Shown here piece by piece: positions 18,230-28,116 of a stretch of DNA of 28,116 nucleotides. The DNA lies in the NCBI GenBank assembly GCA_034660555.1, contig JAYEJL010000005.1:1-28116 (forward strand), in the 5' to 3' direction. How positions within the stretch are numbered: position 1 is the first letter of the stretch; each line of letters starts with the position of its first letter. This stretch comes from Thermotogota bacterium (GTDB taxonomy: Bacteria > Thermotogota > Thermotogae > Petrotogales > Kosmotogaceae). A program made the translations under genes and the position numbers. Below the pieces are notes generated by a model. That model did not search any database. It was given only the letters and a program-made list of their open reading frames with translations, and was not told the DNA's origin.

Positions 18230-19597
18230 ATGATCAATAGAACAATGGAACGAACATTTATTACCAAAAAGATGAAATCAGATAAATCAGAATTATTGGT
18301 AATTTATGGAAGAAGAAGGGTGGGAAAGACTTTCCTTCTGGAAAACTCTTTTGATTCACCCATTTTCTTCACAGCTGATCTTTCTAATCCCAATCACTTA
18401 ATGAACAGTTTTGTCGAGCCATTAAAAGAAATTCTTAATCTTCCTTATGGATTAACCATTTCAAGCTGGGATGAATTTTTTCAACTTCTAGCCAACGCAA
18501 TAAAAAAGATGAAAGGAAAACAGGCAATTATTTTTGATGAATTCCAATACATCCCTCAAAAAGATGATTCTTTTATGTCAATCTTCCAAAAATGGTGGGA
18601 TAAACAATTCTCCAAACTACCTGTTCTAATTGTACTTTGTGGTTCATTTATTGGTATGATTGAAAGAATTGCTCTTTCATCAAGTAGTCCGCTGTATGGA
18701 AGAAGAACTGGCCAATACTTGATCCGACCAATGAACTACTTTGATTCCTCTCTTTTTCTGAACAAAATGAATACAGAAGAAAGAATAAAGACCTACTCTA
18801 TTACCGGTGGTATCCCCCTATATCTTAATGAATTCAGAAACTACTCCAGTTTCGAAAAAGCGCTAAAAGAGAAGATTCTAAGTCCTGGTGAATTTTTATT
18901 AGAAGAAGGGAGTTTCACAACTCTTGAAGAGTTTTCTAGAGATTCGGGTTCCTATTTTGATATATTGAGAGTAGTTGCTAATGGTAGAACAAAACCTAAT
19001 GAGATTTCTACTGTAACCGGAATACCTCATAACGGAATTGGCACATATCTCTCTAAACTGGTTGATCTAAGACTCCTGAAAAAAGAAATGCCTTTTTCAC
19101 TTAAAAAACCAAGAAAGTCACCTTTCTACTACATAGACGACGATTACCTGAGGTTCTATTTTAAATATCTTTATCCTCATAAAGAGCTTGTATATAGAGA
19201 AAAGGGTGACATTTTATCAGCCTTAATACTTAAAACATTTACTGAATTTGTTTCCTTTACATATGAAAAAGTCGCCTTGCAATATCTTGAAGAAACAGTT
19301 GCACCTGAGAAAATCGGAAGATGGTGGAAAAAGAATGAAGAGATAGATATTGTTGCTACAAGAGAAAACAATTTATACGTTTGTGAAGTTAAATGGTCCA
19401 ATAAACCTGTTAATAATAAGATATTACAAAAACTCCAGAGAAAAACCGGGTTGCTTTTGGAAGATCTGAATAAAAATTTTGAGAACATTACATACTGCCT
19501 TTTCTCAAAATCAGGTTTTGAGGGGTTAAGTCCACAGAAAAATTTATTAATGATTAGTCTGGATGATATAGACAAGCAGATAAAAAAGTACTATTAA
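18230..19597 (+). CDS. ATPase_2 ('archaeal ATPase') with winged HTH and DUF234 PD-(D/E)xK domain
   Basis: YGRRRVGKT; IFDEFQY; LCGS; SPLYGRRT; GGIPLYL; C-terminal GRWW...EEIDIVA...CEVKW. Confidence 0.9.
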   Translation: MINRTMERTFITKKMKSDKSELLVIYGRRRVGKTFLLENSFDSPIFFTADLSNPNHLMNSFVEPLKEILNLPYGLTISSWDEFFQLLANAIKKMKGKQAIIFDEFQYIPQKDDSFMSIFQKWWDKQFSKLPVLIVLCGSFIGMIERIALSSSSPLYGRRTGQYLIRPMNYFDSSLFLNKMNTEERIKTYSITGGIPLYLNEFRNYSSFEKALKEKILSPGEFLLEEGSFTTLEEFSRDSGSYFDILRVVANGRTKPNEISTVTGIPHNGIGTYLSKLVDLRLLKKEMPFSLKKPRKSPFYYIDDDYLRFYFKYLYPHKELVYREKGDILSALILKTFTEFVSFTYEKVALQYLEETVAPEKIGRWWKKNEEIDIVATRENNLYVCEVKWSNKPVNNKILQKLQRKTGLLLEDLNKNFENITYCLFSKSGFEGLSPQKNLLMISLDDIDKQIKKYY

Positions 19598-19602
19598 TAG
19601 AT

Positions 19603-20046
19603 CTAACGTTCACTACTCTTTAATTTATTTTGTCTTCTCCACAAAACAACGAACATTATACCCGGGATCATAATGAATAGGTTTATTCCGTAGGGAGCGA
19701 TCAGGTAGTTGATATTTTCAGTTAATGGCCAGTGTATGAAATAAATAACGAAGTTTACTGTACATAAGCAGATTGCTATCAGCCCTCCAATGAGTTTCCA
19801 TTTCCATGCCAGCGCTAGTCCAATAGCACTTAAGAAACTAAAAATTGGAGGTAAGTTTTCAATAAACGGATAATTTTCAACTACATTGGGGTCTGTTGTT
19901 CCAGTTCGAAATAAATCCACGATGGATCCACTGAATATAAACAAACATATTGCGATAACGATCCCTGACCATATTCTTGCTATCAACAGTAACCTCGATT
20001 TATTTTGACCTACCTTTTTGCTTTCTTCCATACCAATCATCTCCAA
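19603..20046 (-). CDS. Hypothetical membrane protein (about 4 TM helices)
   Basis: 147-aa ORF with four hydrophobic segments; the start may be the ATG at 20031. Confidence 0.7.
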   Translation of the reverse strand: MEMIGMEESKKVGQNKSRLLLIARIWSGIVIAICLFIFSGSIVDLFRTGTTDPNVVENYPFIENLPPIFSFLSAIGLALAWKWKLIGGLIAICLCTVNFVIYFIHWPLTENINYLIAPYGINLFIMIPGIMFVVLWRRQNKLKSSER

Positions 20047-20098
20047 AATAATATGGAATGTGTTTATCCTTGCAAAGAATATCGCTATAATAAAAACT

Positions 20099-20782
20099 TC
20101 AGTAAATTAAATCATCACCAAATATATTTCTGTCAATGGGAAATTCGATAATACCTCTGTAATAAGGGGCGATCTCATAGAGCTGAAAATAGATAACCAG
20201 TTTGTCTTCTGTCAGATAGAAACCTTTATTATAGTTAAGGGTATCAAGTTGATCCTGAAAATATACATGAGGGTCCTCTTTCAGCTCTTTTTTGATAACT
20301 GAATTAATCTCTTCAAGTATCACCTTCTCATAGTTTACATTCTTTGTAAAAATATCAGATAAACTTAGTTTTATTCCTGTCAGCAAATCATAGTTGAATG
20401 ATTTCCTTTCGGTCATACCATGAGCGCCACCTGTAAATCTATAATAATCAACGTAAAAACTCAAACAGTTATCGTTATTTAGTCCTATTTTGTAACCCGT
20501 TGCTACTTCAAAATTTCTGAATTCCCAACCCTGCTTTTCAAACTCTTTCTTGTCTTCCTCGGCCTATTTAAACAATAGATCTACAAAATAACTGGCTTCC
20601 CTGTATTGTTCTTCGTTGATATACCTTTCTACAGCAAGGTTCTCCATTTCAAAGAACTGAGGAATTTTAATCGTTCCAATAACCAAAGAATCAAACTTCA
20701 TCGTTAAATCAACAACCTGCGCTCCCATTACAAAACAAGAGGCAATAAATATAAATAATACAAATAATAGCTTTGATTTAAT
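20099..20782 (-). pseudogene. DUF4163/DUF3298 (PdaC/RsiV-like) exported protein with an in-frame stop
   Basis: YRFTGGAHG and YEIAPY motifs. The frame extends upstream through a TAG at 20566-20564 to IKIPQF and a signal peptide. Only ATT codons follow the GGAGG RBS (20794-20790). Confidence 0.8.
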
Positions 20783-21088
20783 AATGGAACCTCCTTTGAA
20801 TTTAACGCAATATCACCTATTAACAAGCATAGCACTTAAAGGTTTATTCTAATAATAAGTTTATATGCCAACGATAATAATAAGTGGCCACCTGCGATAA
20901 CAATAAAATGACCATCACCAAATAAATTTCTTCTAACTTTACTAAAAGAAAAGAAATCGCTTATATAAAGAGCTTATAATGGTTATGATATCGAAAGCAG
21001 GCAAGTAATATCTATCTTAAACCGAAAATGGAGTTTTTTACTGTTTGAACTTTTAGGGTTCTTCGCAAACTCAAAGGTGGTGTTCATT

Positions 21089-21490
21089 TTGGGAAAGCTT
21101 CAACCTCATATTAAATGCAGAAAAGGGTAGGTTAATCCTTCTGTTTTGATTCCCGGAGATCTGGATGGAGCGGATTACATAGATGAGAACTTTTTTCAAA
21201 ATTCAAGTATCATATCCGATAATAAAGAATATCGTATCTACAACGGTGAATATTCAGGAAACCCAATGGCTGTATGCCCGACTGGCATAGGGCTGTAAAC
21301 AACGCTGTTTGTGATTGGAGCTCTAAAGCATGTAAAAGTAGGTTCTATTCTTGTGGTTGCAGGAAATCTCGCGACATCAACAAAACCAGATCCTGAAAAG
21401 GAAAGCGTAAACAAAGTAATTGAAATATCCTGTGATGCAATGGTTAGGCTTCAGGAGGCGGAAAAACGAAGTTATGCCATATTGATATAG
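21089..21490 (+). pseudogene. Uridine/nucleoside phosphorylase remnant 1 (stops and large internal deletion)
   Basis: Reads MGKLQPHIKCRKG*VNPSVLIPGD...NKEYRIYNGEY...TGIGL* and then directly the C-terminal TLFVIGALKHVKVGSILVVAGN. Confidence 0.8.
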
Positions 21491-22192
21491 AACCCGGAGA
21501 AATTAGTGAATGTGTTGTATTAGTTGAAAGTCCTCAGCAATGCAAAATAGTTGCAGATAAGCTTGATAAGCCAAAACAACTCGCCTCAAAAAGAGAATAT
21601 GTAACATACAGCGGCATATATAAAGGCAAAAAACTGAGTGTAACTTCGGCAGGATTCGGAGGCCCCGCAGCGTCGATAGCCCTTGAAGAGTTAATAAAGG
21701 CAGGAGCCAGAAAACTTATTTATATTGGTACTGCTGAATCAGTAAAAGAAAATATCAAGTGCGGAGACCTGGTAATCCCAACAGCAGTCATCAGGGGTGA
21801 CGGAACAACCCTGGAATATGTCCCTGAAGAATTTCCAGCAATATCATCAAGAACCATATATGAAAGCCTTGTAACCGCTTCAAGGAATTCAAGCCACAGA
21901 GTACATTCAGGAATAGTCTGTACTCACGACGCCCTGCGCCTTAACTCAAGGCTCGCAAGCAAATTAAGCAAAGGCGTATGGAAAGACACAAATATTGCGG
22001 GAATAGAGGGCGTTGTTTCCACTTTATTTGTTTATCGCATATCTAAGGAGAGTAAAACTTGGTGCACTTCTGGGAGTTACTTCCAGCACTCATACTGATA
22101 AAACTATTAGCAAAAAACAGGGATTTGAAACACTTTTCAAAGTAATGGCAGAACTTTCATTTGAAGCGTTAGTAACTGAAGGAGATAAGTAA
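21466..22192 (+). pseudogene. Uridine phosphorylase-like remnant 2 (start lost, frameshift at about 22032)
   Basis: REYVTYSGIYKG, GFGGPAASIALEEL, GDLVIP, RGDGTTLEY and FPA motifs. ACG sits in place of ATG after CAGGAGG; the stop overlaps the next ATG (TAATG). Confidence 0.82.
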
Positions 22193-23501
22193 TGGATTTG
22201 CTTGTAAAAAACGTAAGGTTTTTGAGTCCCGATGGAAAGTTATCTGAGAATAAAAACATATCCGTAGAAAAAGACAGAATAACGAAGATTGTTAACGCGT
22301 CAGATAAAACTAACCTGAATAGAGAATCCCAAGTTCTTGACTGCAATGGAGATTTCGCAGTACCCGGTTTCATGAACCGCCATACTCACCTATTCCAGTG
22401 CTTTGGAAGGGGATTAATGGACGATATTGAACTCACCAAATGGTTGGAAATAATATGGAAGTTTCCAGAGTTGTTTTCTGAGGGAGCTATATACTACTTC
22501 ACTCTCATAGGGGCAATAGAAACTCTCAAATCGGGTTCCGTTTCTGTCGCAGATATAATACATACCAGAAAATGCTGTGGCTGATGCGATAACATCTACC
22601 GGACTTCGACTGATTTATGGAAAAATGGCAAATGATTATATTGAAGGAACCAACACCCCCGCAAAATCAACATAAAAATCTCTTCAAGAAGCGGAAGACT
22701 TTTATCATAAATGGCATGGAAAAGCCAACGGAAAGATAACTACCAAATTCGCATTTATGGGTTTACCCGCTGCAACAAAAGAACTTGTTGTGGGAATAGG
22801 CGAATTGAGCAGAAAGTATGGAGTTGGCATTCATACACACGCTGCTGAAGGAAAAAACACCCATAGAAAAAGCCAAGGAACGATTTGGAATGGAAAAAAT
22901 TCAGGTTTTTGAAACCGTTGGCGTTCTTGGAGAAACGACCCAGCTTGCTCATGTGATTTGGATTGACAATGAAGAGATCGAAATACTTAAGAATACCGGA
23001 ACTACCGTAATTCATTGCCCCTTAACGAACTGCAAACTAACCGATTGACTCTCTCCCATGTACAAATTCCAAAAAACTGGAATAAACATAGCCTTTGGAA
23101 CCGATGGCGCCGCGAGCAGCAACCATGATTTGTTGCTTGAAGCGAGAACAGGAGCAATGCTTCAAAAGGTTGCCTCAATGGATTCAACAAGTTTCGATGC
23201 GCCTTCCGTGTTTAAAATGTTGTGTAGAGGTGCTGGCGATTCCGGTTTCAAAAATCCCGGAGAAATAAACGAAGGAGACCCCGCTGATTTTCTTATTCTT
23301 GATCCCAGTGACTAAAGATTTTTAGTAGAAGAATCATGCCTGAATAATCTCATTTATGGCAGCACAGAAAAAGAAATCGTTAGGCACGTAGTCATAGCCG
23401 GTGAAGTAGTCGTTAAAAACAGAGAAACAACGCTTATATCCGAAGAAGAAACAATATTAAAAGCAAAAGAATCCTGGAAAAAGAAAAGCATAAATTTTTA
23501 G
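22192..23501 (+). pseudogene. Amidohydrolase (MTA/SAH deaminase-like), multiply disrupted
   Basis: PGFMNRHTH, HTHAAE, LAHVIW, HCP, GTDG and ADFLIL motifs spread over different frames. Stops at 22673, 23046 and 23313; frameshifts at about 22570 and 22855. Confidence 0.88.
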
Positions 23502-23878
23502 AAAGATAAAAGAACGATTCGCTAAAATATTAATACATTAATTTACGTAATTCTAGTTCACTTGATTTATTCTTTAAAAAAACTTTCAAATTAACAAAAC
23601 CTCACCTCTGAAAATCTACAATTAAGCATATAAATATAGTGCTTATGAATTCAAGTACAATTTGCATTAATCCCTCTTGAATTTTGTCTTTGTTCAATAA
23701 AATGCTAAACTAATATTGATCAAGTTGGGAGGGGTTTCTTTTTGGGGTAACTACCTTACTTTTTAGAAATGAAAAGCTATTTTCTAATCACTTCCTTGAA
23801 CACAAAATCAATGAACTAAACGAGTGGCAGGAGGACATATCAGAACCTTTTAAGAAAATAAAAACCATTTATCTGCAG

Positions 23879-26800
23879 ATGGAAGATTATCTGCCTGTTT
23901 TAAACGAGAACCAGTTAGAAGAAGAGTTTATAAGAGAAGTCCTTAAAATACTTGGGTGGGAATATCTTTCTCAGGGAACAACAAAAATTCAAGGTGGTAG
24001 AAGGATACCCGATCATGCACTTTTCATCAATGACAGTCTTAAAGTAAAGGGTATAAAAGAACAAAGAGAATCCCCGACTGGTGTTTTTTTCCACTCACAT
24101 GCAATAGAAGAATCAAAGGAATGGAATGTCAATTTAGATAAAAAGGGAAAAGAAGATACACCTCATTTCCAGATGATAAACTATCTTACCTGGCTTAAAC
24201 CCCATTATGGGATACTGACCAATGGAAGAATCTGGAGATTGTATATCAAAGGAGAAAACGCCGGGGAAAGGACTTTTTATGAAGTTAATCTTCCGGAACT
24301 GCTTGAAAATCAGGAAGCTTTTAAGTATTTTTATCATTTCTTTGCCAAAAACTCTTTTTGTTCACTAACACATGGAAGACCCTTCATTGATAGAGTCCTT
24401 ACTCAGAGTAATGAATTTTCAAGGGAACTTGAAGAAGATCTTAAAGCAATAATCTATGACAGATGTATTGAAGATATTGGAAAAGCTTTATATAATTCTG
24501 CACTGGAAAAGAATGTTGATTATTCTCCAACAATTATATTTCGTACTACCCTATTGTTGCTTTATAGATTGCTTTTTATAGCCTATGCTGAAGCGAAACA
24601 CCTTCTTCCCCTCCAGGAAGGCAGCATGTATTACAATTACAGCTTGAGAAAAGTTTTAGATAATTTAATTTCAGAAGGCTATGCTTCCCTTGAAAACACG
24701 TTTATTATAGACAATCACTTGAATACTCTGTTTGGCTTGATTAATAAAGGTTCTGAACAAATAGGCATTCCACCATATGACGGAGGCCTTTTTTCAAAAG
24801 AATCAAATGAGTACGACAGCTTTAAGGAAGCTAAAGAGTTTCTAAGTCAGACGAGTATCAATGATCAAGCCTTTATCAAAATACTTGAAAATCTATTGCT
24901 CTACACAACAGACGGACAAAAGCATATAAGAGACTACTCTTCTCTTGATGTCAAAAGACTTGGAACGATCTACGAAGGACTAATGGAATACAATTTCAAA
25001 ATAGCAAATGAACCCAAATTTCTCGTAAAAGATAAAAAAACAAAAGAAGAATGGTATATAGATCCTGAAGACCATACAGATGATCTCGTTATCATCAGAA
25101 AAATAGAAAAAGGTGAATTATATCTTGTAAAACACAACAATCTTAGAAAATCCAGTGGTTCATATTACACCCCTGATGAATTTGTTGATTTCATGGTAAG
25201 CGATGCAGTAGATCAGTTATTTGAAGAGAAAGAAAAAGAATTTATCAAACAGCATGAAGAAATGGTAGAACTCCAGGAGCAACTGGATAAAGAACTTTAC
25301 GATGGCACCTTGCGTAAAGAGGCTGAACAGCTCCTGGATATAAAAATTCTTGATGCCGCTATGGGTAGTGGACATTTTCTTGTTAGCGCATTAAGATATC
25401 TTACTGAAAAGATAATCTCTCTTGGTGGGCGTTTCCCTGAAAATGGGATTTATAAAAAACTTGAAGAAATCAGACAAATGCTTAAAGAGCATAGCATAAT
25501 AAAATCAGACCCGGATGACGCTTCACTTTTGAAAAGACTTATTGCCAAAAATTGCTTGTTTGGTGTCGATATAAACCCCATGGCAACAGAATTAGCCAAA
25601 TTATCTCTTTGGCTGGAAACAGCAGTCCCGGGTGTACCTCTATCCTTCTTATCTCATCACTTAAAATGCGGCAACTCCATTGTTGGATCCGATTTAGACG
25701 AACTTCTCAATGAACTCAAGGAAAAAGCAAAATCTGACATGTTTGTTCTGACCATAGAAGATAAGATAGACGAGATTATAAAAGATCTTGAAAAGATTGA
25801 ATCACTGGAAGATATTACATTAAATCAGGCAAAGAATTCTCGTTACACCTTCGTTAATGTAGCCCGAACCATTGAACCTGTAAGATTTCTTCTTGACTTG
25901 AAAACAGCTCTTGACTACCCTGGATGGAAAGAAAAACTCGAGAAATGGGATTTTTTCAAAACAGGTAATTACAGAGTTCTCGACGAAATACTTCTTGATG
26001 GAATAGACGCAGCAAACAATGAACTTAAAACAGCTATTAAGGAATTTCGAGGAAAATTGAATCCATTTCACTGGAAACTTGAGTTTCCTGAAATCAGAAA
26101 ACGCGGTGGTTTCGATATTGCCATAGGGAATCCACCATGGGATAAAGTTAAACCAGAAGATGAAATGTTCTTTTCACAATATGATCCTAAATATAGAAGA
26201 TTAAACAAGCAGAAAAAAGCATTTCAAAACAAATTGCTTTCCAAAAGTGAAGTTAAAACCAAATGGGAACACAATAAAAAAGAGATAACAGACTTTGCCT
26301 ATTATTTGAAGAATAACTATATCTACTACGCTGATAAAGGGGACATTAACCTCTTTAGAGTCTTTACAGAAAAGAATTTAGAAAATTTGAATCATGATGG
26401 AATATTGAACTACCTTGTTCTTGGTGGAATTTACCAGGAAGAAGGGTCTGATTCATTGAGAAAAGCTCTTATAAATGAACACCATTTAAGATACATACTT
26501 GGATTTGAAAACAGAGACAAAAAAGGCAAAAAATTCTTCCCTGATGTAGATTCTAGAATAAAGTTTGTCATTATATCAGCTATCAAAAATCAAGCCAAAA
26601 CTGAAAAGGTAAAAACTTTCTTCCTTTGTAACGATAAATCATCTCTCAATAATCTTACAAAAAGTGTACTTGATTATCCGGTAGAGCTACTGGATAAGTT
26701 TTCACCAAAACACAAATCCTTTCTTGAACTCAGATGTCAATTTGATATAGATATCGTCGAAAAAGCCTACTCTCTTTTTCCAAAACTCAGTGATAACGGA

Positions 26801-27586
26801 AAGTGGAATATAGATTTTTGTAATGACCTTCATATGACAAATGATAAGAACCTATTTCATGAAACAGGTGATATACCATTATTTGAAGGTAAAATGATCC
26901 ATCAGTTCAGACATGATCTAAAAGGGCCAAGATATTATCTGAAATTTAAAGAATTGAAAAAGATTAACAGACTAAAAGCTTCAAGAAATAAAGAAAAAGA
27001 AACCTGGAGATGGGATTATTATAGGGTAGCTTTCAGACAGTCAGCAAGCAATACAAATGCGAGGAGTTTAATTGCAGCAATGTGTCCCAAGTTTTCATTA
27101 ACAGGAAACTCAATTTATGTTGAAAAACTCAAACTTTCTAATTCTAAAAAAATAAAATTATTTAGTATAGCAATATTGAATTCATTTATTTTTGATTTTC
27201 AAATAAGAATGCTTATATCTTCTAATATAAGTAAAACATATCTTATGCGACTCCCATTTCCACGTTTAGAAAGCGGAGATCCATATTTTGATGAAATAGT
27301 TGAAAGATCAGCAAAATTAATTTGTTATGCCCCAGAATTCGACGAACTCGCAGAAAGTGTTGGATTGAACTGGGAAAAAGATGGGATTCCACCTTCAGAA
27401 GAAAGTCAACGCATTAAACTTAGAGGTGAAATAGACGCAATGGTTGCTAAAATCTACCAGCTTAACAAAACCCAGTTCGAACATGTCTTGAATTCTGTGA
27501 AAGCAGGAAAAGACTCCGACACCCCACTAAAACGCTACATGAACAAAATCAAAGCAGAATCCCTAAAGGCTTATGGGAAACTTTGA
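23879..27586 (+). CDS. Type IIG restriction-modification enzyme (fused endonuclease, N6-adenine methyltransferase and TRD; Eco57I-like)
   Basis: PDHAL...EESK nuclease-like motif; GILTNGRIWRLY; RKSSGSYYTP; LDAAMGSGHFL (motif I); GNPPW (motif IV); TaqI-like C-terminus. The coding frame probably extends upstream to about 23742. Confidence 0.9.
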   Translation: MEDYLPVLNENQLEEEFIREVLKILGWEYLSQGTTKIQGGRRIPDHALFINDSLKVKGIKEQRESPTGVFFHSHAIEESKEWNVNLDKKGKEDTPHFQMINYLTWLKPHYGILTNGRIWRLYIKGENAGERTFYEVNLPELLENQEAFKYFYHFFAKNSFCSLTHGRPFIDRVLTQSNEFSRELEEDLKAIIYDRCIEDIGKALYNSALEKNVDYSPTIIFRTTLLLLYRLLFIAYAEAKHLLPLQEGSMYYNYSLRKVLDNLISEGYASLENTFIIDNHLNTLFGLINKGSEQIGIPPYDGGLFSKESNEYDSFKEAKEFLSQTSINDQAFIKILENLLLYTTDGQKHIRDYSSLDVKRLGTIYEGLMEYNFKIANEPKFLVKDKKTKEEWYIDPEDHTDDLVIIRKIEKGELYLVKHNNLRKSSGSYYTPDEFVDFMVSDAVDQLFEEKEKEFIKQHEEMVELQEQLDKELYDGTLRKEAEQLLDIKILDAAMGSGHFLVSALRYLTEKIISLGGRFPENGIYKKLEEIRQMLKEHSIIKSDPDDASLLKRLIAKNCLFGVDINPMATELAKLSLWLETAVPGVPLSFLSHHLKCGNSIVGSDLDELLNELKEKAKSDMFVLTIEDKIDEIIKDLEKIESLEDITLNQAKNSRYTFVNVARTIEPVRFLLDLKTALDYPGWKEKLEKWDFFKTGNYRVLDEILLDGIDAANNELKTAIKEFRGKLNPFHWKLEFPEIRKRGGFDIAIGNPPWDKVKPEDEMFFSQYDPKYRRLNKQKKAFQNKLLSKSEVKTKWEHNKKEITDFAYYLKNNYIYYADKGDINLFRVFTEKNLENLNHDGILNYLVLGGIYQEEGSDSLRKALINEHHLRYILGFENRDKKGKKFFPDVDSRIKFVIISAIKNQAKTEKVKTFFLCNDKSSLNNLTKSVLDYPVELLDKFSPKHKSFLELRCQFDIDIVEKAYSLFPKLSDNGKWNIDFCNDLHMTNDKNLFHETGDIPLFEGKMIHQFRHDLKGPRYYLKFKELKKINRLKASRNKEKETWRWDYYRVAFRQSASNTNARSLIAAMCPKFSLTGNSIYVEKLKLSNSKKIKLFSIAILNSFIFDFQIRMLISSNISKTYLMRLPFPRLESGDPYFDEIVERSAKLICYAPEFDELAESVGLNWEKDGIPPSEESQRIKLRGEIDAMVAKIYQLNKTQFEHVLNSVKAGKDSDTPLKRYMNKIKAESLKAYGKL

Positions 27587-27633
27587 ATTCTTTGAACAAA
27601 TAAGCTGTATGTTTTTACTAAAGGAGGAATGAA

Positions 27634-27864
27634 ATGTCCAAAAGAAAGACTTATCACGTCGTTCCAGATAAAACTGGATGGGAAATTAAACAACAAAATT
27701 CTTCAAGAGCCTTAAGAAAGTTTAATACTAAAGATGAAGCTGTAAATTTTGCCAGAAATCTTGCTAAACAAAATGAACCAAGTCAAATAAAAATCCATAA
27801 GAAAAATGGCAAGTTTCAAGAAGAAAGAACTTATGATAAAGATCCTTATCCACCTAAGGGATAG
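27634..27864 (+). CDS. DUF2188 domain protein
   Basis: HVVP..GW...F.TK.EA...AR...IH..NG.FQ.E..Y..DPYPPKG pattern; AAGGAGG RBS. Confidence 0.85.
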   Translation: MSKRKTYHVVPDKTGWEIKQQNSSRALRKFNTKDEAVNFARNLAKQNEPSQIKIHKKNGKFQEERTYDKDPYPPKG

Positions 27865-27989
27865 GATTAGAGAAATGACTTCAAGTGTTTTAAAATAACA
27901 ATTGAAGTTAAAATAGGTTTTGCAAAAGGCTATGTGGATCTGGAGCTAACATGAAAATAGCTTTCAATAAAAAATGAGGAGGTTTAGCT

Positions 27990-28116
27990 TGTATAAAGTC
28001 AATAGTTTATTGACCCCCCAGGGTCATAAGTAATTAACCCCTTACCTCTCCTGGGTATTGTTTTTTGTTCTTCTATAACTGTTTCCTGTCATGTTTATTA
28101 TTAAAGCATTATGTGT
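27990..28116 (-). mobile_element. IS21-family element, right end (truncated by the window edge)
   Basis: Terminal TGT at 27990; two subterminal repeats GTCAATAGTTTATTGACCCCCC and GTCATAAGTAATTAACCCC, 25 bp apart; adjacent istB 3' end. Confidence 0.8.
28042..28116 (-). CDS. istB: IstB helper ATPase, C-terminal 24 aa (partial)
   Basis: Minus frame THNALIINMTGNSYRRTKNNTQER* matches the IstB C-terminal (DRL)xH...G.SYR motif. Confidence 0.8.
   Translation of the reverse strand, partial: THNALIINMTGNSYRRTKNNTQER

Noticed and set aside
20820..21080. Riboswitch or gene remnant (a WPLIIIVGI-like frame on the minus strand) upstream of the nucleoside operon
   Set aside because: No recognisable purine-riboswitch core, and the peptide match is too short to support.
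18048..21130. Amber (TAG) readthrough or recoding, suggested by in-frame TAGs at 18048, 20564 and 21128
   Set aside because: The same or neighbouring genes also carry TAA and TGA stops, frameshifts and deletions, and TAG serves as a normal stop elsewhere (1798, 27864).
23879..27586. BREX PglX or DISARM methyltransferase assignment
   Set aside because: No partner genes (brxC, pglZ, drmABC) in the window; the fused nuclease motif fits a type IIG enzyme.
27989..28033. Short peptide MYKVNSLLTPQGHK after a strong RBS
   Set aside because: It consists almost entirely of IS21 terminal sequence and is a junction artefact.

Overview
AT-rich bacterial window, probably Thermotogota-like (inferred from gene content and a non-lipoprotein sugar-binding protein). 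Left end: the 5' part of a group II intron (minus strand) and a complete IS50/Tn5-like IS4 element (191-1667; 19-bp terminal inverted repeats, 6-bp target duplication), both inserted at one REP-like hairpin. Next comes an intact minus-strand sugar operon: GntR/UTRA regulator, SIS isomerase, FGGY kinase, ABC binding protein, two permeases and an exported mutarotase-like protein. A ~650-bp intergenic mosaic of short-repeat modules follows (8786-9440). The accessory stretch after it holds a frameshifted HExxH protein, a nitroreductase, two ATPase/PD-(D/E)xK genes sharing an AGTAAA-N6-TTTACT palindrome upstream, a B12 radical SAM enzyme, an S9 peptidase, and disrupted NUDIX, Imm5-like and DUF3298 genes. 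The window ends with a decayed nucleoside phosphorylase/deaminase operon, a type IIG restriction-modification gene whose likely start is out of frame, a DUF2188 gene, and the right end of an IS21 element. All calls come from reading the sequence; no database searches were run.
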